A DNA stretch of 64,000 bases, from positions 3,596,001 to 3,660,000 of the forward strand of contig CATNEN010000039.1 of assembly GCA_950097015.1 (NCBI GenBank), in the 5' to 3' direction. The position numbers were made by a program, and so were the translations under genes. Numbering within the stretch: the first letter of the stretch is position 1; every line of letters begins with the position of its first letter. A model generated the notes under the pieces. That model did no database searches and was not told the origin of the DNA. It saw nothing but the letters and a program-made list of their open reading frames with translations. This document shows, piece after piece, positions 34,701 to 46,500 of the stretch. The DNA is from Macrostomum hystrix. Taxonomy: Eukaryota; Animalia; Platyhelminthes.

Positions 34701-37700
34701 AGATGCTGCTGCGGTTGCTGCGGTCTGAGAGCTTGTCATTGTTGTAGATAAGGCCGACGAGGGGAACGTGGCCATCGCATTCGTCGAGCTGACGCCTGAT
34801 GCAACTCCAGATACGACGGCGCCCTTGGAAGCTGGGCACCTTTGCAGCCAGTCGGGAGCTCTGTGCAGCGGCAGGGCTGGCGGGCTGAGCAGAAACTCCG
34901 CTAAGCGACTGCGCCGCCTGCGGTGATTGGCTGACAGCGCACTGACAGCTTCTAGGCTGCTGGACATGGTTGCCAGGGGATCAACGGGCGCTGCTTTGGG
35001 CTTCTGCTGGCTATGCGTTTGAGGATTCGTCGCTTGCAGCTGTTGTTGAAGCTGCTGCTGCTGCGGCGGCGGCGGTGGCTGTGGCGGCGGAGGCGACGGT
35101 AGCAGGAACTGCCCCTCACTGGTCGGATTGGCTGCCGCGGCAGCCGCCGTGCGCAGGTGATGATTGCTGGCGTTGAGCTGCTTGGAGTGGCCGCCACCAC
35201 CGCCGCCGCCCCCGCCGCCGCCCAACAACTTGGCAGCCGGCGCCGCGAAGAAGCTGAGCGAACGCGAGATTTTCCGTCGCAGATTCGAGCCGCCAGACTT
35301 TGACTGCTGACCTTTCTTCTTTGGCTGCTCATAATTTACCTGCTGCTCCTGCTGCTGCTGCTGCTTTGCCGGTGATTCCATCAGGACGCAGTCATCACTG
35401 CGGTGTCGCTTCACGGGCTCTGCATCTGGCTGATCCTCCGCCGATAGTTGTCGCTGTCGTCGACTACCGCGCAGGTGATCGCGAATCAGTCGCCGAAGAT
35501 CCCAGACGCTGCCGCTCCGAACCCCGCTGCGGCTGACCTCGGCGCTGACTTTGACACCGTTCGCGGCCGCTGACACCTGCCTGTCGATGTTCGACTCAAC
35601 AGAAGCGGCGCTGCCAGCCGAGTCCCCCGGCCGTCTGGGCAGAATTTCGCCGATGTAGGCGTAGCCAGGCTCCTCGAAGTCGGCGCTGTCGGCGTCATTG
35701 TCGTCGTCATCGCCGAAGTTGCGCCAGGATGGGGCGGCGGCTGCTAGGAAGCGGTTTTGGCTGTCGGAGGAGGAGGAAGCAGCGGCGACGGCTCCGTCTG
35801 TTGAACTTGAAGTGGACAGCGAGGCCGAGTTTCTGGCAGTTTGCTGCTGCTGCTGCTGCTTCAGTTCATCTGGGTTTTTGGACATTGTGGGTGCGATAAC
35901 AGATTTTATTTTAGTGTCATCGTCTAAACTTTACATCCCAACATACACATCCCCGAACTTTCCATTTCTTTAAAACTATTGCAGCCTACAAAATTTCTGG
36001 AATATTGAATGTGATTCAGAAATTAAATCTAGCAAGTACTTTCAACAAACTTTCAAAAACAGAGTTTGGAGAATGAGAAACTCGGGTTCGCTCTCACAGG
36101 TGGTGGAGTCCACGCCGATGCCGCTGCCACCGGAGCGCGGCCTCTCTTCGCTGGCCGACTTTGACCGGCTCAGCGGACGCAGCGGGCCTCGCTGCCGCCG
36201 CGCGCCGCTTTTCAGCTTGGCCAGCCGGGGCCTGAGCACCGGCGTCTCGGCGTCCTCCGAGATCCAGCGCCGCCCGGTGATGGGATCCGTGCTGGTTTTT
36301 GGCGCCGCTGAATTCCCCGCCGCAGCCGTTGCCACCGCGGCAGCCGAGGAAGACTGACGCAACAATGTTGACCGGTCCAGGAACTTCGGGATGCGCTGAA
36401 ACTGCGGATGGGATAAGATAATGTGGGATCTATGAGGGTTTTTTACAAAAAAAACTATGCAGAAACAGCCGAAAAGTGCATTTTACTGTGTACATGCAGT
36501 CGATGTTTTGGTCTATGATGGGTGGTGAGGGGGCAGAGCGGCTAAAGCATTTGCCTCTCGCACCAAGGTCCCTGAGTTCGATTCCGCGGCGAGGCCACAT
36601 TTATTTGGGGCGCAACTATGGAGAGAAGGCTTGGGGGCTTGTCGTGCAATTCACGCCCTGCAAAGAGCCAATTTCCCAGGCACAGTGAGAGTGTACACCG
36701 CCTGACGATGATAAGTCAGGGTAGATGTGAGTGTGTGCATGTGTTCGGGTATCTGTGGGAGTGTGTGCTCAGGAGTGAACGGAGTGGGCAGAATTGCCTC
36801 CTCGCTGGCTGCGAGTCTTACTGTCACCAAATGATGTGCCATTGCCCGCAGCCCTCCTGCAATTATGATTATTAACAAAGCTATTTAGCTACAATAGCAT
36901 CAAATAGCTAAAATCCTTGTACGCGGATAGCTACAAAATCCACATCCAAGCAATCTATCTTACACAAATATGGATGCAGTTTGGTTTGTACTTTTCAAAG
37001 GCCCACATTGATATTTTCACGTTCAGCTGATCAGCCAGACATTAAACTACTGTCCTACTGCATTGCTTTCAGATCTCTATAGCTTTAGTCACTGCGTGAA
37101 TGGGATTCCAATAGGTAAGGATGAAATATTAGCTACCTGAGAGAGGCAGTCAATTCAAAGCGGCGGGAACAATGGGTGCCAAGCAGAATGGATGGCTTTA
37201 TTGGCGTGCTTAATCTGTGCTCAAGCTTTCTGTCGCTCCTTCACCATGACTACAATACAACTGCGTTAACATATTAAAAGGGATTAAATTAATGATCACT
37301 AGACAACGCAGCTTCGGCGATCGCTAAGGGCCTTAACAAACTCTAGGGGCTTGAGTAGGAACTTCGGATACTGAGAAGATCGAGTAGCGGCTAAAAACAT
37401 AGAGGGGTTTAAGTAGGGACTTAAGATACTAATCGGATTGAATAGGGGCTCAAGATTCCAATAGGGTTGAGTACTGACTCAGGATATGTTGACTGACTAT
37501 CAAAAATATATATTTATAAAAATGAATTAGCATAAACTAAACTTTTTATAAGACAATGTCCACAGCCCGCTGCTTACCAGCCCAGCCGCTGCGGTCAAAG
37601 CCGAGGACGCAATTCTTCCATCACCCTGCCGATCGACTTCTCCATCGCCGCTGCCGACGTCTCCGTCAGCCAAACCGCTGCCAGACAGCCGGCTGCCGTC

Positions 37701-40700
37701 TGTCTCGAACTCTGAGTCGACAACCGGCTGCTCAGGGTCCGCGGACTGCTGACCGAATCGAAACAGCCGGCCGGGCGACGCGGCAAGGCCTCGCTCAACC
37801 AGCTGGCGATTGCTGGCGAGCTTCGACATCTCGGCTGCCAGCAGGCTGGCCAGACGGGCCTCCTCAGCGTCGCTGGTTGGAGGCCCCGGCTCCGCAGCTG
37901 ACCGAAGTCGGTCAAGGAACGGCGGCCGGGTGTCGGCTGTGAGTTGATGAAGCTCGCGACGCATCAGAGAAAAGGCGGACGTGGGATCAGCTGATTCCGG
38001 TTTCGCTGTTGCTAGGGACGCCAACTGCTCGGCTGTGTAAGACAGCTCAGGAATGCCTGGAGGGTTGATTGATTGGATGTCCCACGTATTTCACAGGTGC
38101 AAACCGCAAACTGTTTGCGAACTGCAAACCGAATACCAAAAGGAATATTTTCGAACTTTTCCAGCCAGCCAAACACCTTCTTCCTCCGCGCCGCGCTGCT
38201 GTACAATGTACATTGCCAGCCCATCCCTTTCTTCCACCGCGCGGCGTTGGTTTACAATGTACATTGCCAGCCAGTCCCCTTCCTCCTCAGCGCCGCGTTG
38301 GTTTTCATTGTACATTGCCAGCCAATCCCTTCCTCCTCAGCGCCGCGTTGGTTTGCAATGTACATTGCCAGCCAGTCCCCTTCCTCCTCAGCGCCGCGTT
38401 GGTTTTCAATGTACATTGCCAGCCAATCCCTTCCTCCTCAGCGCCGTGTTGGTTTACAATGTACATTGCCAGCCAATCCCCTTCCTCCTCAGCGCCGCGT
38501 TGGTTTGCAATGTACATTGCCAGCCAATCCCCTTCCTCCTCAGCGCCGCGTTGGTTTGCAATGTACATTGCTAGCCAATCCCATTCCTCCTCCGCATAGA
38601 AATTCCTACATTCATAAAAATGGTGACGCGCTTTTATTATGTACATTACAATTGAAATCATCAAACTAGCTCACCCGTTTAAAACAGCCTATTAAATTTT
38701 CAGCCGTCCAGATAGATTTTTTAATTAGATTCCGTGACAGTTATAAAAGTACGTATTCTCCGGGACTTTCGTGCGCCCGGCAATGGGCTTCCGCCTCAGT
38801 TTTTTGCATTGATTTTCTCCTGACTTTCTCCTGTCTCTATTGCAAGCAAATGGCAATGTCCCGCGGAAGCACCGGCGGCTATAGAACTTTACACTAAAAC
38901 CAATCTATGCATTCAGCGCAAATACTGGCCATGGACTTCTTAATCGTAGAATCTGTAATTGAACTTTATAAAAAAGTTTACCAGTATGGGCTCCAATGGA
39001 TTGCTTTATGTGCCAGTTTTTTTAAACAATCAAATATTAGCCAGAATGAACAATGCATGGCGGCAAACGGAGCAACAGCTGCTCGCCATTCAGTCAAAGA
39101 CAAACCTAAGCAAAATCTCTCTTGAGTAGTATTGAGGCGCCTGCTCAAAGTCCTGAGCTTCCCATGCTCAATTGAGCCCCCAATGTCGATTAGCTCCTGG
39201 TACGACGAAAAACAATGCGAGAGGTACAATGGCACACCCTCCTGTCACTGGAATCTCAACCGCGGGTACGAGAAATGCATCCAAGCCTTGAAGCCAGGGA
39301 CAGCTATATACTAACCTTGAGACCTGGGGTTCCACTACATGCAGAGTAACCCATGCTGTAACCCATGCTGAAACCATAATGGGACTGGACAAGTGGTCTG
39401 AAAGCCATGGTCCGCTGCGCATACAAAATTTGGGGCTTCTGTTTGCCGAAGTTCAGTTCAGTTCCTGTCCGGTCTGTGCTTTTGTAAAAATGGCTGCCGC
39501 GCTGCAGTGAAATAATTAGCAAGCTCAACTCTTTAAGCAGTCTGTGCTTTTGTAAAAATGGCTGCCGCGCTGCAGTGAAATAATTAGCAAGCTCAACTCT
39601 TTAAGCAGTCTGTGCTTTTGTAAAAATGGCTGCCGCGCTGCAGTGAAATAATTAGCAAGCTCAACTCTTTAAGCAGTCTGTGCTTTTGTAAAAATGGCTG
39701 CCGCGCTGCAGTGAAATAATTAGCAAGCTCAACTCTTTAAGCAGTCTGTGCTTTTGTAAAAATGACTGCCGCGCTGCAGTGAAATAATTAGCAAGCTCAA
39801 CTCTTTAAGCAGTCTGTGCTTTTGTAAAAATGGCTGCCGCGCTGCAGTGAAATAATTAGCAAGCTCAACTCTTTAAGCAGTCTGTGCTTTTGTAAAAATG
39901 GCTGCCGCGCTGCAGTGAAATAATTAGCAAGCTCAACTCTTTAAGCAGTCTGTGCTTTTGTAAAAATGACTGCCGCGCTGCAGTGAAATAATTAGCAAGC
40001 TCAACTCTTTAAGCAGTCTGTGCTTTTGTAAAAATGGCTGCCGCGCTGCAGTGAAATAATTAGCAAGCTCAACTCTTTAAGCAGTCTGTGCTTTTGTAAA
40101 AATGGCTGCCGCGCTGCAGTGAAATAATTAGCAAGCTCAACTCTTTAAGCAGTCTGTGCTTTTGTAAAAATGGCTGCCGCGCTGCAGTGAAATAATTAGC
40201 AAGCTCAACTCTTTAAGCAGTCTGTGCTTTTGTAAAAATGGCTGCCGCGCTGCAGTGAAATAATTAGCAAGCTCAACTCTTTAAGCAGTCTGTGCTTTTG
40301 TAAAAATGGCTGCCGCGCTGCAGTGAAATAATTAGCAAGCTCAACTCTTTAAGCGGTCTGTGCTTTTGTAAAAATGGCTGCCGCGCTGCAGTGAAATAAT
40401 TAGCAAGCTCAACTCTTTAAGCAGTCTGTGCTTTTGTAAAAATGGCTGCCGCGCTGCAGTGAAATAATTAGCAAGCTCAACTCTTTAAGCGGTCTGTGCT
40501 TTTGTAAAAATGGCTGCCGCGCTGCAGTGAAATAATTAGCAAGCTCAACTCTTTAAGCAGACTGCCATGCAGTGCGTGAAACATGTACTCGTAAATCAAC
40601 TCTAGCTGCAGCGGCTAAAGTCACTCCCGCACGGGACAACAGGGAATAGTGAGACTGGGACTTAAGCATTAGTCACTTGGCAACCGTTTTTTTGCGCCCT

Positions 40701-41482
40701 CCGAACAGCTTTGAGTACTCTAGGCTCCTGGCCATAAAGACCTATATTAGCACATGTAAAGTTTTGAGTCTGAGTACACCAGAGTGACCACTCGTGTCGT
40801 TAAATTTTCTAAATTATTTACGCTGGATTACGATCCGCGAGATTTCTAATCAGTGCTAACAGTTCCTCAAATAGAAATACACGCGGCTATCTAGCCTGCC
40901 AAAGGCATAAAATAAGTGTTCAGAATCCCAGACCGACTCACCCAGCATGTCCCTGATGTCAACCCGCTCGAATTTGTCGTCCAAGTCTTGAATCCTCTGT
41001 CTAAGCCGCGTGGTTCTTTCGTGAATAGTTTTCATGCTTTCTGTGTACTCGGCGAACATGTCTTGGAAGTTTTGAATGACTTTCATGGCATTTCTAGTGT
41101 AGCAGTCATCAACGCGGCTGTGAACTGATCTGAACACCGAGCAGGCTGCCAGCAATTCCTGCATATGCTCCAGCTCAGCCTGCTTTTGCTCTCTTCTGCG
41201 TGTCCGATTATCCGGAAGAGATTCATAAGTGCAATCGGACCAGTTTGTGATGCTCGAGATGGTCATCGGGCCATTAATATCGCCAGCATTGCTGGGTGCT
41301 GTTGACGAGTCCTCCTTCGATTCACTTATTAAAGAATCGTTGGCTACAGAGTCGTTCGACATGCTTTCCTTGCCGCAATCTTGAACTGTGTCATCTTGCT
41401 TTTCTATTTCAACAACAAGAACATCTTCTTCTGTTACGAAATTAGCCGAGTCACGCGTCAGACGAGTCTCAAGTCGAATCAT
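27756..41482 (-). CDS. NHS/GUK-holder-like protein (N-terminal WAVE-homology domain, long Pro/Ser/Gln-rich tail); exons 41482-40942, 38032-37578, 36401-36098, 35923-34523, 28928-28775, 28689-28353, 28088-27756
   Basis: All six introns are GT-AG with matching phases (1,0,1,1,2,0). QDMFAEYTESMKTIHERTTRLRQRIQDLDDKFERVD and LTADTRPPFLDRLRSAA resemble WHD/NHS blocks. Poly-Pro tracts; no VCA domain seen. The gene model is stronger than the family call. Confidence 0.65.
29705..30338. repeat. 20-bp minisatellite (CTGCCTAACAGGTACCACAC)n
   Basis: Seen directly; intronic. Confidence 0.97.
30925..31743. repeat. (TCTG/CCTG)n compound microsatellite, ~820 bp
   Basis: Seen directly. Confidence 0.98.
31995..32282. 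repeat. 22-bp minisatellite (GGGTATGCCAGGTGAGACAGTT)n
   Basis: Seen directly. Confidence 0.95.
33355..33722 (-). mobile_element. tRNA-derived SINE, copy 1
   Basis: Reverse complement of the 36528-36875 element. Minus-strand head GGTGGCAGAGCGGTTAACGC...AAGTTCGATTCC; (ATT)n-like tail. Confidence 0.8.
34017..34418. repeat. 28-bp minisatellite (CATCACGACACAATGTACTGAAGACAAT)n
   Basis: Seen directly. Confidence 0.95.
36528..36875 (+). mobile_element. tRNA-derived SINE, copy 2
   Basis: A-box-like GGCAGAGCGG and B-box GAGTTCGATTCC; body shared with copy 1; tail AATTATGATTATT. Confidence 0.8.
38160..38595. repeat. 50-51-bp minisatellite (TGTACATTGCCAGCCAATCCCTTCCTCCTCAGCGCCGCGTTGGTTTGCAA), ~8 copies
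   Basis: Seen directly. Confidence 0.93.
39473..40560. repeat. 68-bp near-perfect tandem repeat, 16 copies
   Basis: Unit TCTGTGCTTTTGTAAAAATGGCTGCCGCGCTGCAGTGAAATAATTAGCAAGCTCAACTCTTTAAGCAG; 1088 bp = 16 x 68; only occasional single-base variants. Confidence 0.97.
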
Positions 41483-43541
41483 ACCTAAACTCTGGTGCGC
41501 ACTAAATGGCTCTTGGAGCCATTTGCTAAACACAAGTAAAACTATATGTATATTTAGCTTTTCTAGTCGATAAAAATTTATAAGGTGTTTGCGATACACA
41601 AAACGGGGAAACTTTGGCCGTAGCTGAAACAGAATCTGAGCCTCAGCTGAGCGATAGACACGAAAATGTGATGAGCAAAGTTAAATATATGGCAAAACTA
41701 AAATATAATATAAAAATAAATGATAATTTCAAAACAAAATGCTACACAAGTAATTTATCTTCTTCTTTCTATATGCGTTAAAGTATAATATATTTAAAAT
41801 ACTCTTAGGAAACTTTTACTTTTGTTTAATTATTATATACATCGATAACTACGAAAAATGTAATTATTGGAAATAAGAAAGAAACTGTTTTCGAACAACA
41901 GCCATTTCTTTTTTATATATGTTCGTATGAATTATTAAAATAGAAAAAAACTACATTTTTTTATTTAAAGACCGTTATAATTTCGTATAAAAACATGAAC
42001 TTAGTTTTATTAAAATTAAAATTAGCCACGCATGGCAATGCCATGACTTCAATCTAAATGCTACTATTGTATCAGTTGTATATATTAGTGCTGGAATGAT
42101 CCATAATGATTGCCAAGTGATCACATTTACATTGTTCTGCATCATGAAAGAATTCTCCATAGCTTAGCCGATTCTTCTCGTCAAGCTTTATTTCAAAAGA
42201 TCTACAACTTGCCATATATCAATGACAATATCACTTAGTATTTTTCACATTATTTCCCATCATGTTGTCGTAACTTTTATGAAACAGTTAGTAGAGTTAA
42301 ATAGTTACTCTTTAGTTTGAAATTTAAATTAATATACTTGGTTTAAGTTAAAGCAATTTAAGAGAAAGTTATTAAAGGTAATGATTCAGATAAGTGTATA
42401 AAACTGATAAAATCATATTTATCCTCATGGGTTACATCCACTTTATATAAATAGGGATTCAGAGTAAAAAAACTAATATCAGCATGCCAGAAGCATAGTA
42501 ACAGATGGAGGGCGCATCAGATGATGCACTTAAGTTCCAGTGAAAGCAAATGATACCATGTTGGTAGTGTCAGGTTCTTAAGCATTTTCCCATTTAACCC
42601 ATTTATGTCTCTTGTAATGAGCCTATGCCTATGTGATCAGATAATACAAGGTGGTCAGCAAGATGTCCTGTATAATCTATGTGCAGTAATTCTTGGCCCA
42701 GATCGAATTGCCCCCTGAGTTAAGGTCTCTTGTGTTGCAAGAAGATTGAGAGGTGCACTTGGTACTTGGTTTTCTTTTCTTTTCATTGACATTTTCATTT
42801 GAAACATAAAATGACTCCACCTAGATACATTTTAATTGACAGCTTTAAAGCTTTCAGAATTCGTCAATAAGTATAATTGATAGCAGACTTATAACCCTAT
42901 CTATGCTAAACCAAGGCAGCTAAGAATTTCTTAGATTTTTTTCTTAGAGGTTTCTTTGATTAAAAAATATAATGAGGCTGAATGTATTTTAAATGGTAGG
43001 TTTATGCTTAAGATATTGTCTTTGTTCTCTAAAGAAAAAATATAGTATAATAAAATATAATTACACAAACTTGTATAGCTGTTATGTCTGTACACCTAAA
43101 ATATTATAATTATAAATTCACATTTTAAACAGAATGAAAAATATTGTTTATTCAAAGAATAAGTTCACATGTATTCACAGAAAAGTAATGTATATGTATA
43201 TATTTATATTTATATTTATATTTATATGCTGCAGCAATTGCGATATAGTTTACAAAGCCATGGAAACTTCTAACCCAATAGCCAGTTACTAAATTACTTG
43301 AATCGGGCTTCACATCAGGCACAATGTAACCATGGTTACGCATATACGAGTTGTACATTCAAAAAATTATTTTCAGTTAAAAAATTGTTGAACTGTTGAA
43401 TTGAAAAAAAGACGAAGAAAAAAGAAAATCGGACGCCAATTTCTGGGATGATAAAAAAGGAAATAACAGCAGCAGAAATTCAGATTTGAGCTTCGAAGTG
43501 TAAAATATTATCAGTGACCTGCAGCCAGGGACACCGCTGGC

Positions 43542-46500
43542 ATGAAGGTGACTGTGAGTTTCGGGCCAACCAAGCTGGTCGTTCCTTGCGGCAGCGGCGA
43601 CTTAACAGTTCGGGATCTGGCTCAGAAAGCTGCCAGCCGCTTTAGCGCAGCCGCCTTGGCGTCTGCCAGCCAAGGAAAGTCGGCCAGCGCCCCGGATGCC
43701 AGTCCTGTCCCAGCTGCCGAGGTGACCGTCACCTGCCTGACTTTGGCCCGGGATGGCGGCATTCTCGACTGGAACGACCGGGTAGCTGACGTGGTCGACG
43801 ATAGGGAACTGGTGAGTCCTGCATTTAAGGATTTGATGAATCACGGGATTTTAAGGATTCGACTAGCATGTTTTGCCCCCCTTCGGGGAGCAGAAATATT
43901 TTTAATTCGTCTTGTATATACTGTTTAGCAGCTGAATTTACAGCTTTTTAAAGCTAAAATAAACCCCCAGTTGACAATGATCCCCCAGTTGATGATGATC
44001 CCCCAGTTGACAATGATCCCCCAGTTGACAATGAACCCCCAGTTGACAATGATCCCCAGTTGACAATGATCCCCCAGTTGATGATGATCCCCCAGTTGAC
44101 AATGATCCCCCAGTTGACAATGAACCCCCAGTTGACAATGATCCCCAGTTGACAATGATCCCCCAGTTCACAATGATCCCCTTGTTGACAATGATCCCCC
44201 AGTTGACAATGATCCCACAGTTGACAATGATCCCCCAGTTAATGATGATCCCCCAGTTGACAATGATCCCCCAGTTGACAATGATCCCCCAGTTGACAAT
44301 GATCTCACAGTTGACAATGATCCCCCAGTTGACAATGATCCCCCAGTTGACAATGATCCCCCAGTTGACAATGATCCCACAGTTGACAATGATCCCCCAG
44401 TTTACAATGATCCCCCAGTTGATGATGATCCCCCAGTTGACAATGATCCCCCAGTTGACAATGATCCCACAGTTGACAATGATCCCCCAGTTGACAATGA
44501 TCCCCCAGTTGACAATGATCCCCCAGTTGATAATGATACCCCAGTTGACAATGATCCCTCAGATGACAATGATCCCCCAGTTGACAATGATCCCCCAGTT
44601 GACAATGATCCCCCCAGTTGACAATGATCCCCCAGTTGACAATCATTCCCAAGTTGACAATGATCCCCCAGTTGATAATGATACCCCAGTTGACAATGAT
44701 CCCCCAGTTGACAATGATCCCTCAGTTGACAATGATCTCCCAGTTGACAATGATCCCCCAGTTGACAATGATCCCCCAGTTGACAATGATCACCCAGTTG
44801 ACAATGATCCCCCAGTTGACAATGATCCCCCAGTTGACAATGTTCCCCCAGTTGACAATGATCCCCAGTTGACAATGATCCCCCAGTTCACAATGATCCC
44901 CTTGTTGACAATGATCCCCCAGTTGACAATGATCCCACAGTTGACAATGATCCCCCAGTTTACAATGATCCCCCAGTTGATGATGATCCCCCAGTTGACA
45001 ATGATCCCCCAGTTGACAATGATCCCCCAGTTGACAATGATCCCCCAGTTGACAATGATCTCACAGTTGACAATGATCCCCCAGTTGACAATGATCTCCA
45101 GTTGACAATGATCCCCCAGTTGACAATGATCACCCAGTTGACAATGATCCCCCAGTTGACAATGATCCCCCAGTTGACAATGATCCCCCATTTGATGAGG
45201 ACTCCTTATTGATGATGATGCCCAGTTGACAATGTTGCTCAGTTAATTTTTATATTAGCTTCTTTTGTAGAAAATTGAGAAGAACAACAATTAAATGATT
45301 ATTAGGCAAAATATTTATCATACAAATATATATCATTATGACGTTATGAGATAACAAACTCAAAATTCAATTCAATGACAAAAGAAAAATTTTGCCATGA
45401 TTCAAACGCTGGTTTAGCCATGATTCAGACTCTGGTTTAGCCATGATTCAGACGCTGGTTTAGCCATGATTCAGACTCTGGTTTAGCCATGATTCAGACT
45501 CTGGTTTAGCCATGATTCAGACTCTGGTTTAGCCATGATTCAGACTCTGGTTTAGCCATGATTCAGACTCTGGTTTAGCCATGATTTTAACTCTGGTTTA
45601 GCCATGATTCAGACTCTGGTTTAGCCATGATTCAAACTCTGGTTTAGCCATGATTCAGACGCTGGTTTAGCTATGATTTAAACTCTGTTTTAGCCATGAT
45701 TCAGACTCTGGTTTTGCCATGATTCAGACTCTGGTTTAGCCATGATTCAGACTCTGGTTTAGCCATGATTCAGACTCTGGTTTAGCCATGATTCAGACCC
45801 TGGTTTAGCCATGATTCAAACTCTGGTTTAGCCATGATTCAGACTCTGGTTTAGCCATGATTTAAACTCTGTTTTAGCCATGATTCAGACCCTGGTTTAG
45901 CCATGATTCAAACTCTGGTTTAGCCATGATTCAGACTCTGGTTTTGCCATGATTCAGACTCTGGTTTAGCCATGATTCAGACGCTGGTTTAGCCATGATT
46001 CAGATTCAGACTCTGGTTTAGCCATGATTCAAACTCTGGGTTAGCCATGATTCAAACTCTGGTTTAGCCATGATTTTAACTCTGGTTTAGCCATGATTCA
46101 AACTCTGGTTTAGCCATGATTCAGACGCTGGTTTAGCTATGATTTAAACTCTGTTTTAGCCATGATTCAGACTCTGGTTTTGCCATGATTCAGACTCTGG
46201 TTTAGCCATGATTCAGACTCTGGTTTAGCCATGATTCAGACTCTGGTTTAGCCATGATTCAGACTCTGGTTTAGCCATGATTCAGACCCTGGTTTAGCCA
46301 TGATTCAAACTCTGGTTTAGCCATGATTCAGACTCTGGTTTAGCCATGATTCAGACTCTGGTTTAGCCATGATTCAGACCCTGGTTTAGCCATGATTCAA
46401 ACTCTGGTTTAGCCATGATTCAGACTCTGGTTTAGCCATGATTTAAACTCTGTTTTAGCCATGATTCAGACCCTGGTTTAGCCATGATTCAAACTCTGGT

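Noticed and set aside
36528-36600. tRNA genes here and at 22803 and 33650-33722
   Set aside because: A and B boxes are present, but they run into shared SINE bodies and tails and I could not build a clean cloverleaf.
39473-40560. Possible CRISPR-like array
   Set aside because: No unique spacers, no cas genes, and the context is eukaryotic; it is a plain tandem repeat.
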